From a virus (lineage: Duplodnaviria > Caudoviricetes), in IMG/VR virus record IMGVR_UViG_3300016263_001265, positions 20,617 to 84,616 of that record: a DNA stretch of 64,000 nt; one strand, written 5' to 3'. Below the pieces are notes generated by a model, which worked only from the letters and a program-made list of their open reading frames with translations, had not been told where the DNA came from and did no database searches. Each line of letters opens with the position of its first letter. The stretch's first letter is position 1. The translations under genes were made by a program, and so were the position numbers. This document shows positions 55,012 through 62,706 of this stretch, piece after piece.

Positions 55012-55210
55012 GAACCATATGGTTCTCAGGTATTACAGTTACCATGGTAACAGTATTCAAAGAAACAAGGTAAATATACGGATACAGTATTCCTCTAGTA
55101 CCTTCGGTACTATGTACCTCAGGTACTATCGGAATACTGTATCCGATCACTACGGTATCTTAAGAACATTCGGTATTTCATACCTCATGTTCTTAAAATA
55201 CCTACGTGAT
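55012..55210. repeat. cluster of perfect palindromes and nested inverted repeats
   Basis: GAACCATATGGTTC, GTTACCATGGTAAC, a 15-bp IR (55079-55093/55131-55145) and a 10-bp IR (55160-55169/55187-55196). Confidence 0.9.
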
Positions 55211-55348
55211 CTATTTTCCTCCCTTACCCCTACCCCTTTCCCTCCGATGACGCGGTTCAACTGATTGTTACTTTGAGGCGATTTGACAGGTTGCTTTCTT
55301 TGAGCGTATGCTTCGGTTGTCGGGAGATACCCGAAGAAAGGAAGGAAC

Positions 55349-55699
55349 ATGGAAAAGGAGCAGATCTCCATTTCGCAAGCGGCGAGCATTCTCGGGGTTT
55401 CGTACTCTGCGGTTGTTCAGGCTTCGAGGAGATACGGTTGGAAGAAGTTCAACGCTGGGCAGGGACCAAACGGCGGAAGGCCTCGGGTGATGTACTTGAA
55501 GTCTGATGTCGAGAAGTATGCTGGGTCAAGAAACCAGCAAACCTTCAAGTCGCGGAAGGTGACCGAAGGCATCTTGGAGGCAGTCGCGGCTGCCGCGAAA
55601 AACAAGAAGACAATCGGTCGAGTTGCCAAGGAGCTTGGCGTGAGCCACTTCTTGGTCGGAAGCGCAGCATACGAGCTTGTTGCTCGTAGCGGAAAGTGA
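55349..55699 (+). CDS. helix-turn-helix domain protein (Xis/MerR-like)
   Basis: ISISQAASILGVSYSAV...YLKSDVEKY, plus a second HTH-like IGRVAKELGVS. Confidence 0.7.
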   Translation: MEKEQISISQAASILGVSYSAVVQASRRYGWKKFNAGQGPNGGRPRVMYLKSDVEKYAGSRNQQTFKSRKVTEGILEAVAAAAKNKKTIGRVAKELGVSHFLVGSAAYELVARSGK

Positions 55700-56100
55700 G
55701 GAAAAAAGTGGACGCAACAAAATCTGGAAAGACACAAAAACAATTTTTTGCATTCATCGTTGCAGCAGCAGTTCTGTCTGGTCTGATCGGGTTTGGTCTT
55801 GGGAGCTCGTCTGGATACGCAAGCGGAAAGACAGACGGATACAACGACGGATTTGACAAGGGCAGCAGGGACGCTTGGGGTCGTGCCGTTGAGGCAGCGA
55901 CGCTGAAGGCGTATTGGGCTGGTGCCTTCGATGCATGCAACATGGTGTTTGACGCAACTGGGTGGGAATACATCTATGTGAACATCCAGGCTGGCGGCGG
56001 CACAATCTCACGTGAGTACTTCTGCCGAGACAACGGTGACTACAGCGGAACGCCAGTTTTCGATATTCCGTTTGTACCAGCAGAGCTTGAATCAAACTAA
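55696..56100 (+). CDS. membrane-anchored hypothetical protein
   Basis: N-terminal hydrophobic helix followed by GY-x-x-G repeats. Confidence 0.6.
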   Translation: MRKKVDATKSGKTQKQFFAFIVAAAVLSGLIGFGLGSSSGYASGKTDGYNDGFDKGSRDAWGRAVEAATLKAYWAGAFDACNMVFDATGWEYIYVNIQAGGGTISREYFCRDNGDYSGTPVFDIPFVPAELESN

Positions 56101-56110
56101 AAGTTCGGTT

Positions 56111-56186
56111 GCCGTCGTAGCTCAGTGGATAGAGCAGCTGCCTTCTAAGCAGTTGGTCGCAGGTTCGATTCCTGTCGACGGCGCCA
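56111..56186 (+). tRNA. tRNA-Arg(UCU)
   Basis: GCCGTCG/CGACGGC acceptor stem, D arm, anticodon loop CTTCTAA, GGTTCGATTCC T arm, encoded CCA. Confidence 0.95.
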
Positions 56187-56207
56187 ATTTGGTGGTATAA
56201 TCAGCCC

Positions 56208-56540
56208 ATGGACCGAGCGAAGGCTCTGCAGATAATGCAGAAAACCGAAGCGCAAATGACCGTCGGCGATGCCTGGCGGGAGATTGTTGACCCAAACTTC
56301 TACTTGAACGCTGGCTGGCCCGGCGCGTGGGTTGACCAAATGGTCAGGAAGCACCAAACTGGAGATGGATACGTCCTTGGTGTTTGGCACGCAGAGTTCT
56401 TGGAAAATCTCTGCAAGGCTATGGACATAAATCCCTCCACATACGAAAACGACCAGAGCGCATACTTGAGATACAAGGGAATGGCGCTGCAAATCTGGTT
56501 GGCGCATTACGAAGAGGAGGAAAAGCGTGGAAAGGCGTAA
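56208..56540 (+). CDS. hypothetical protein
   Basis: TGGTATAAT 6 nt upstream of the ATG. Confidence 0.6.
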   Translation: MDRAKALQIMQKTEAQMTVGDAWREIVDPNFYLNAGWPGAWVDQMVRKHQTGDGYVLGVWHAEFLENLCKAMDINPSTYENDQSAYLRYKGMALQIWLAHYEEEEKRGKA

Positions 56541-56742
56541 GGCAAAAAAGCCGCTCAGTCGGATGAGCAACAAAGAAATTAGAAGCGTTCTTAGGCAAAG
56601 ATATTTGATGATGAGTTGGGTTGCATATCTCGACGAAGAAGGCGAGAGGGTTCAAACCGAGTACATCAAGGAATCGCTTCTTGGAATCGAATCCGTAGAA
56701 AAAGAAATCGCCAAACGTGAGATGGAGGTTTCTGTCAATTGA
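56527..56742 (+). CDS. hypothetical protein
   Basis: GAGGAGG RBS; translationally coupled to neighbours. Confidence 0.5.
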   Translation: MERRKAKKPLSRMSNKEIRSVLRQRYLMMSWVAYLDEEGERVQTEYIKESLLGIESVEKEIAKREMEVSVN

Positions 56743-57275
56743 TTGAACAGGTTGTTAGGGCGGCGATAATTGCAATTGGAATTGCGATTGTTGGCGCGCC
56801 CCCTGCAACCGTCAACAAAACCACGGGTTTTTGGCCAAGGGACACCTGGTATGCGGAAGATATCGTTCTTGATGACCAAGTCGACAAAGTCGTTGGTGTT
56901 GCAAGTTGGTACGACGCATCGAAAAACAACGCCTGGTATACAGTCGAAACCCAGTGGGGAAAACCGGTAAAGTTCTACGCGGCTGCTGGGCCTGAGCTGA
57001 GAAGGTTCATCGAAGATTTTTATGAAACCGACATCGGCGGGTCTGGGTATTGGCAAAGACTTGCCGAAAAAGACAAAAGACCACGCCTCAGAATCACGTC
57101 AAAAAAGACGGGCGAAAGCGTTGTTGTCATCGTCACGGACTGGTGTGGGTGCCACGGCGGCAGCGACGGGAAGCAAGACGACAAGATCATTGACCTTGCG
57201 CCTGCGGTTTTCGACGCGCTTGGGGTGCCCCTTGAAAGCGGCATTATGAAGGTCACTATCGAGCCAGTAAAATAA
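56739..57275 (+). CDS. RlpA-like double-psi beta-barrel protein, secreted
   Basis: Signal/TM segment; GVASWY, AAAG, TGESVVVIVTD, IIDLAPAVFDALG, GIMKVTIEP. Confidence 0.8.
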   Translation: MIEQVVRAAIIAIGIAIVGAPPATVNKTTGFWPRDTWYAEDIVLDDQVDKVVGVASWYDASKNNAWYTVETQWGKPVKFYAAAGPELRRFIEDFYETDIGGSGYWQRLAEKDKRPRLRITSKKTGESVVVIVTDWCGCHGGSDGKQDDKIIDLAPAVFDALGVPLESGIMKVTIEPVK

Positions 57276-57305
57276 CGCGATTTTGGGGTGTGTATAATGC
57301 GCCCC

Positions 57306-58289
57306 ATGAAACGAATCGTTGTTACTGGCGCTGGCGGCTTTATTGGCGGCTGGCTCGTCCGCGCTCTGGTCGACAGAGACGAGGGCCAAGTCATCGCCGT
57401 CGACAAAAAGCCGCTGTCCGAGTGGGAGCAAATTGTTTCCAAGGCTGGCTCTTTTGGCGGCACCGATTTGTCCGTGCTTGAAAACTGCAGAAAGGCAGTT
57501 GAGGGCGCAGACGAAGTTTACAACCTTGCTGCCGACATGGGCGGCATGGGTTTCATCGAACACAACAAAGCTGCCTGCATGCTTTCCGTTCTCACAAGCA
57601 CGCACATGCTGCTTGCGGCAAAAGACGCTGGCGTCAAAAGATTTTTCTATTCTTCCAGCGCTTGCGTTTACGCGGCAGACAAGCAGACAGACGCAAACGT
57701 CACCGCGCTGAAAGAAGAAGATGTGTATCCGGCAATGGCCGAAGATGGCTACGGCTGGGAAAAACTTTTCTCCGAGCGGATGGCCAGGCACTTCATGGAA
57801 GACTATAAACTCGAAGCCAGAGTGGCCCGCTTCCACAACGTCTACGGTCCAAACGGAACGTGGACTGGCGGAAGGGAAAAGGCTCCGGCTGCAATATGCA
57901 GGAAGGTTGCCGAGGCGGTAATCAGCAGAAAGCCAGAGATAGAGATTTGGGGCGACGGAGAGCAGACCAGGTCGTTCATGTACATCGACGATTGTGTTGA
58001 CGGCATTCTGAGAATTATGCAGTCGGATGTGCGCGAGCCGCTCAACCTTGGGTCGTCTGAGCTTGTTTCGATCAATCAGCTCGTTTCGATGGTCGAAGAA
58101 ATCGCCGGAATAAAGCTTGAAAGAAGATATGACCTGTCCGCTCCGAAGGGCGTCAGGGGAAGAAACAGCGACAACACAAAGATACAAAGTCTTCTTGGTT
58201 GGCAGCCATCTATCTCTTTGCGCTCCGGAATGGAGAAGACATACGCCTGGGTGTACGACCAGGTTGCATCAAGAAAGGTGAGCGGTTGA
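57306..58289 (+). CDS. GDP-mannose 3,5-epimerase-like NAD-dependent epimerase
   Basis: TGAGGFIG, LAADMGGMGFI, YSSSACVY, YGWEK, GREKAPAAICRK, WGDGEQTRSFMYIDDCV; probable leaderless ATG at 57306. Confidence 0.9.
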   Translation: MKRIVVTGAGGFIGGWLVRALVDRDEGQVIAVDKKPLSEWEQIVSKAGSFGGTDLSVLENCRKAVEGADEVYNLAADMGGMGFIEHNKAACMLSVLTSTHMLLAAKDAGVKRFFYSSSACVYAADKQTDANVTALKEEDVYPAMAEDGYGWEKLFSERMARHFMEDYKLEARVARFHNVYGPNGTWTGGREKAPAAICRKVAEAVISRKPEIEIWGDGEQTRSFMYIDDCVDGILRIMQSDVREPLNLGSSELVSINQLVSMVEEIAGIKLERRYDLSAPKGVRGRNSDNTKIQSLLGWQPSISLRSGMEKTYAWVYDQVASRKVSG

Positions 58290-58290
58290 A

Positions 58291-58899
58291 ATGGGGGCAA
58301 AAAGACTCTCTCTCTTGATACCGACGTTGAACAACAGATCGAAAATGTGCGAGCGGCTTACCTCGAAAATCGTTGATCAGCTGACGACCGAAGTGGAGAT
58401 GATGCTTCTACCAGACGACGGACAAAGGACAATCGGGGAGAAGAGAAACGCCCTGGTCGAGGCTGCGATAGGCGACTACGTTGCGTTCATCGACGACGAC
58501 GACATGATCAGCGACGACTACATCGAGAGGGTGCTTACCGCGCTTGAGGGGAACCCGGATTGCGCCTCTTTGAACGGATACATATACCAGCCAGACAAAA
58601 GCAAAAGAGTGTTCACGCACTCGATCAAATACGACGGGTGGTATACCAAGGACGGGGTTGATTTCAGGACGCCAAACCATCTCAACGCAATCAAGAGAAA
58701 GCTTGTCGAGATGGTTGGCTTCAAGCACATAAACTCCGGCGAAGACCACGACTTTTCAAACAAAATCCGACCATACCTGGAAACCGAGGGCGAAATCACC
58801 GCCGTCATCTATCACTACTACCCCTCGGCTGAGTTCAGCCACCCGAAGGCCAAGTTCAAGCCGGAATCGGAAGACGACGCATCGGTGTCGGGTCAGTGA
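58291..58899 (+). CDS. GT-A (family 2-like) glycosyltransferase
   Basis: LSLLIPT, GEKRNALV, YVAFIDDDD, GED. Confidence 0.88.
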   Translation: MGAKRLSLLIPTLNNRSKMCERLTSKIVDQLTTEVEMMLLPDDGQRTIGEKRNALVEAAIGDYVAFIDDDDMISDDYIERVLTALEGNPDCASLNGYIYQPDKSKRVFTHSIKYDGWYTKDGVDFRTPNHLNAIKRKLVEMVGFKHINSGEDHDFSNKIRPYLETEGEITAVIYHYYPSAEFSHPKAKFKPESEDDASVSGQ

Positions 58900-59588
58900 A
58901 GCTTCTTATCAAGTTTCCCACGAGGCAGCGCCCTACAATGTTCTTTGACACGCTTTCAAAGTACATCACAATGGCTTCAGGAAAGCACCACATCGAGTAC
59001 ATCATCTCGATGGACGAAGACGACGGCACGATGAACAACGACGCCGTAAGGAAGAGGCTGGAAACGCTCAAGGAGAACGGCATAGATATCAAATACTTTT
59101 ATGGAAACTCGAAGACAAAGATTGAGGCGATCAACGCCGATATGGACAAGGCAAGCGACGACTGGGACATGGTGTTCAACGGGCAGGACGACATGATTCC
59201 AACCGCGGCTGGGTATGACGATGTGATGCTTACACGGCTTGTCGAGTTCTTCCCAGACACCGACGGGGCAATATGGATCAACGACCAGTTCATGGGATAT
59301 GACACAAACTGCACAATCGTGTCTGCCGGTAGGAAGTACTACGACCGGTTCGGATACATCTACTACCCAGGGTACGACTCGCTCTTTGCCGACAACGAAT
59401 ACACCGAGGTTGGTCAGGCGCTCGGGAAGCTGATGTACATATCGGACAGGATCATGAAGCACGACTGGGTTGGCAAGAACCAGTCTCTTGACCCACTTAT
59501 CCAGAGAAACGAGGCGTCTGACAAGTACTCATCTGACCGAAAAATCTTCGAGGACCGGAAGAGGCGCGGATTCCCAAAGGATCGGTAA
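58896..59588 (+). CDS. GT-A (family 2-like) glycosyltransferase
   Basis: LLIKFPTR, MDEDD, KIEAIN, QDDMIP, FADNE. Confidence 0.8.
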   Translation: MKLLIKFPTRQRPTMFFDTLSKYITMASGKHHIEYIISMDEDDGTMNNDAVRKRLETLKENGIDIKYFYGNSKTKIEAINADMDKASDDWDMVFNGQDDMIPTAAGYDDVMLTRLVEFFPDTDGAIWINDQFMGYDTNCTIVSAGRKYYDRFGYIYYPGYDSLFADNEYTEVGQALGKLMYISDRIMKHDWVGKNQSLDPLIQRNEASDKYSSDRKIFEDRKRRGFPKDR

Positions 59589-60106
59589 TGCGCATTACCG
59601 ACGAGTCGCCAGAGACGCTTGTTCCACACCCGGCAAATCCAAGGGCTGGGGACGTTGGCGCAATCGTGGAGTCAATCAAAAAGAACGGATGGCACGGCGT
59701 TGTCGTCTGTCAGTCTTCCACCAGGTACATCCTGGTCGGAAACCACCGCGTAAAAGCCGCGATGATCATCGGCATGAAGACAATCCCCGTTCAGTGGGCA
59801 GACGTTGACGAAAACCGGGCGAAGGCAATCCTTCTTGCGGACAACCGTGCGTCGGACCTCGGGTCGTACGACGACGAGATATTGGCAAGGCTGGTGTATG
59901 AGACCGCCGTTGATGGCCTGCTCGACTCAACCGGATACGACATCGAGGACATGGACAGGCTGGTCAGGCAGGCGATGGAGCCAGACTCATCAAGTCTCGA
60001 CGAGAAGAAGACAGAGTGCCCGATGTGCGGGCACAGGTTTTATGCCGTTGCGCTCGGCGGCAGGCGAGGAAAGCGCCCGTCCCATCCGGGCGGCTCAAAG
60101 CCATGA
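59588..60106 (+). CDS. ParB/Srx-like N-terminal domain protein
   Basis: HPANPRAGD...ESIKKNGW...VGNHR...LLADNR; C-terminal CPMCG. Confidence 0.9.
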   Translation: MRITDESPETLVPHPANPRAGDVGAIVESIKKNGWHGVVVCQSSTRYILVGNHRVKAAMIIGMKTIPVQWADVDENRAKAILLADNRASDLGSYDDEILARLVYETAVDGLLDSTGYDIEDMDRLVRQAMEPDSSSLDEKKTECPMCGHRFYAVALGGRRGKRPSHPGGSKP

Positions 60107-60261
60107 GGGGCGTTGATCCACTCTATCCTCACGGCGGGCTTTTCGATTTCCTTCAAGACAAAGTCAAGCGCTTCTTCCGCGCTGATCGCAAGCATGTTCT
60201 CCTTGCCGATGTCTACCCGCCATACCTCGATCTTTCCCGGGAGGCGGGTGATCTTCACCAT
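60040..60261 (-). CDS. hypothetical protein
   Basis: ATG 2 nt after the thioredoxin stop; overlaps the ParB 3' end. Confidence 0.35.
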   Translation of the reverse strand: MVKITRLPGKIEVWRVDIGKENMLAISAEEALDFVLKEIEKPAVRIEWINAPHGFEPPGWDGRFPRLPPSATA

Positions 60262-60263
60262 GC

Positions 60264-60566
60264 TTACATGTCGACTTTCTTGATGATGTCCTCTGCCTTC
60301 AAGAGACCCGAGGCGGCAGTCGGCGTTCCTCCGTTGTTTACGAACAGCATCAGGGGGATGCTTTTGATGCCGTACTGGGCCACAAGGTCTGGGCGCTCGT
60401 CGACATTCACTTTGACGATCTTGATGTCTGGCCTCAGGCTGTCGACGCGCTCTATCTCCTTCCCGAGGGCCCGGCACGGCGAGCACCAGGGCGCCCAGAA
60501 GTCGACGACAACCTTGCCTTTTGAAATCTCTGAATCAAGGGACGAAGTGCCAAGGGTGGTAATCAA
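60264..60566 (-). CDS. trxA: thioredoxin
   Basis: VVVDFWAPWCSPC...VKVNVDE...YGIKSIP; TTG start after GGAGG. Confidence 0.92.
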   Translation of the reverse strand: MITTLGTSSLDSEISKGKVVVDFWAPWCSPCRALGKEIERVDSLRPDIKIVKVNVDERPDLVAQYGIKSIPLMLFVNNGGTPTAASGLLKAEDIIKKVDM

Positions 60567-60703
60567 GGGGGTCCTCCAATCGCTATATTTTCTTTTTCTC
60601 GCACCCAGAATTATGCCATATAGACTGACCCTTTGCACCACTGCTATGCTCTGCCTGGAGAGGCCGAAATGAAGAGGATGATACAAACGTTTAGGGGGTT
60701 AGC

Positions 60704-61108
60704 GTGACGAAGGCTGACAAGTGGACGGCGCTTGAAAACTGGCTGGAAGATGCCAAGGTCGCTTTCCAGATTCAAGACTGGGAAATCGTTGTTTTGCGCG
60801 ATGCGGCGGAAATAGACGCGCACGCCGACATCGACGTTTCAACCCAGAGAAACTCAGCTCAGCTCCGCGTCCAGAGAGACTTCTTTGATCTGACGCCGGA
60901 AAAGCAGCGCCTCGTCCTGTGCCACGAGCTGGGGCACATCATCACCTCTCGTGCGGACAACGTTGTCGAGTCGCTTGAGCACGTGCTCGGCAAGATGTCG
61001 TGGAGCACCTTTGACCCAAACTATGTGGATGCAAGCGAGCGCATGGTTGAGCACTACGCCAGGATCATTGCCCCGACGATGCCGCTCCCGAAGCTGCCGA
61101 AGAAGTGA
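60704..61108 (+). CDS. HExxH Zn-metalloprotease-like protein
   Basis: LVLCHELGH motif with a downstream E...VEH. Confidence 0.65.
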   Translation: MTKADKWTALENWLEDAKVAFQIQDWEIVVLRDAAEIDAHADIDVSTQRNSAQLRVQRDFFDLTPEKQRLVLCHELGHIITSRADNVVESLEHVLGKMSWSTFDPNYVDASERMVEHYARIIAPTMPLPKLPKK

Positions 61109-61557
61109 AGTACCCGGCGGTTATTGCCTCAGATACTCCAGAAGATTCAGAAAAGTTCTTTTTCTCATGGAAAGACACGGTTGACTTTTTGATCATGGTT
61201 GCCGACCAGAACAAGGTCGATGTTGATTTTGTCGTTCTGCATTATCACAAGGATGCCCCAAATCACGAGGGCGGGCATCACGAAATGGGCACGTCCAACT
61301 ACCTACAGAAAAGAATCACCCTGTGCGAGAACAGCAGGGCAATTGTGCTTCATGAAATCGCTCATCTCTGGTCGATGGAGCACCATACTGAAAAGTGGGC
61401 GTTCACCTACCTCTATTTGCTACGGAAGTATCTTCCAGAAGAGGAATACGAGCGAGAGGCCGGAGCTGCCGCAACGCGATATCCCTCGCTTATGACCGTT
61501 GCGCGTGATTGGATGCTTGAGGGAAGGCTTGAGGGAAGATACGTTTTTCTTATGTAG
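61105..61557 (+). CDS. HExxH Zn-metalloprotease-like protein (SprT/YgjP-like)
   Basis: IVLHEIAH...EHHTEKW (HExxH...H..F/W). Confidence 0.65.
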   Translation: MKYPAVIASDTPEDSEKFFFSWKDTVDFLIMVADQNKVDVDFVVLHYHKDAPNHEGGHHEMGTSNYLQKRITLCENSRAIVLHEIAHLWSMEHHTEKWAFTYLYLLRKYLPEEEYEREAGAAATRYPSLMTVARDWMLEGRLEGRYVFLM

Positions 61558-61578
61558 CGAAGCGCGTGAGGGATCGAA

Positions 61579-61649
61579 GCCCGTAGGGGCGAGACTCGCC
61601 GCAGCGAGGCTCGACCGTGAGGCGAGAGCCCGACCCGAAGGGGCACGCC
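61579..61649. other. GC-rich multi-hairpin intergenic element
   Basis: GCCC-GTAG-GGGC, CGAG-A-CTCGC-CGCA-GCGAG-G-CTCG, CC-GTGA-GG, CCC-GAA-GGG. Confidence 0.55.
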
Positions 61650-61688
61650 CAGATGGTCATTTGACAAGAGAATCCCAAACAACCTATC

Positions 61689-61976
61689 TTGCAACAACAG
61701 AAAGGGAACGGTGCAGTGATCGGAATGCTTGAAAACGAGAGGGAACGAGCAGAGATCTCCAAGATGAATCTCCAGGCCGCCTACGGACTGTGGAAAGAAG
61801 GAAAGCTCAGACTGCTGATGGCTCGCTATGCAGCCAGGGTGTGCGAATGCGATTGTGGAAACAGAGCCCAGTTGATGTGCGCACAGAGCAACCATTGGGA
61901 GATGCGCCAATCCCTCGCATACGGGCTGAAAGCCGACGGAGAAACGCTGCATGAAGGGATTATTTCCCAGGGTTAG
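61689..61976 (+). CDS. hypothetical protein
   Basis: ORF downstream of TTGACA-N18-TATCTT; CECDCG...C. Confidence 0.5.
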   Translation: MQQQKGNGAVIGMLENERERAEISKMNLQAAYGLWKEGKLRLLMARYAARVCECDCGNRAQLMCAQSNHWEMRQSLAYGLKADGETLHEGIISQG

Positions 61977-62186
61977 GAAAACCATAGTTATGCACAGGGT
62001 TGTGGATATGTGTGCTCGTTTGTGCACAAAAGGTTATTCTGATGGCTCATAAGGGGTGGAAAAGGATGATAGTTTTGGTTGAGGTGGAGGGGGGTTGGGA
62101 ACACGGCGCCGCCCCCCGACCGAATGCTCCTGAAAACATTTCACGCTCACAACAAGCGTTTCCGTTCTCAACGATGAGTTATTCTG

Positions 62187-62414
62187 GTGGCTCATATGGG
62201 CGATAACGGCCAGGTTATGGGAATGTGCAACTACTGCAACGAGTTAGGCAGGGTCTACGAGCAGGAAGACGAATATCGATCGATTTTCCTGGTCTGCCTC
62301 CGGTGCATCAACGATATCAACACCCGCCTAAGATTGGATGATCTTCAGAGAAGGCTGCGCAAGCGCAGGATGATCGACGACGACGAAGACCAGAGTTATT
62401 CCGGGAGTGCATAA
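62187..62414 (+). CDS. small Zn-finger-like hypothetical protein
   Basis: CNYC...CLRC. Confidence 0.45.
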   Translation: MAHMGDNGQVMGMCNYCNELGRVYEQEDEYRSIFLVCLRCINDINTRLRLDDLQRRLRKRRMIDDDEDQSYSGSA

Positions 62415-62436
62415 GAGTTATTCAAACTGCATATAT

Positions 62437-62512
62437 GGGGACGTAGCTCAACGGTTAGAGCACTGAGCTTATATCTCAGCGGTTCCTGGTTCGAATCCAG
62501 GCGTCCCTACCA
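62437..62512 (+). tRNA. tRNA-Ile(UAU)
   Basis: GGGGACG/CGTCCCT acceptor stem, discriminator A, CCA; anticodon stem CTGAG/CTCAG with loop CTTATAT; GGTTCGAATCC T arm. Confidence 0.92.
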
Positions 62513-62536
62513 CACTTCGCCGAGTTATTCACGTTT

Positions 62537-62600
62537 GGGTTATTGCGCGGGCTTGTGGGATCGAACCCGAGTTATTGCCTGGGGTCGTGGGATAGAACCG
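62537..62600 (+). repeat. imperfect 32-bp tandem duplication (25/32 identical)
   Basis: GGGTTATTGCGCGGGCTTGTGGGATCGAACCC followed by GAGTTATTGCCTGGGGTCGTGGGATAGAACCG. Confidence 0.75.
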
Positions 62601-62630
62601 CCTCTGGTGCCGATTTGCGCCACGCTGGCA

Positions 62631-62666
62631 AAAGAAAACCCGCGCCCTGGTGTCCAGGGGCGGGTT
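62631..62666 (-). terminator. Rho-independent terminator of the right-end leftward operon
   Basis: Minus strand AACCCGCCCCTGG-ACA-CCAGGGCGCGGGTT followed by TTCTTT. Confidence 0.75.
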
Positions 62667-62706
62667 GAGGTGATCCGAGGCTCCTAGCCCCGTTTATGGG
62701 CTGTTA

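Noticed and set aside
57099-58187. 362-aa minus-strand ORF
   Set aside because: Antisense to the clearly conserved epimerase
60016-60672. 218-aa plus-strand ORF
   Set aside because: Antisense to thioredoxin, which has a clear motif and RBS
62522-62600. Mini CRISPR array
   Set aside because: Units are adjacent with no unique spacers and only 25/32 identity
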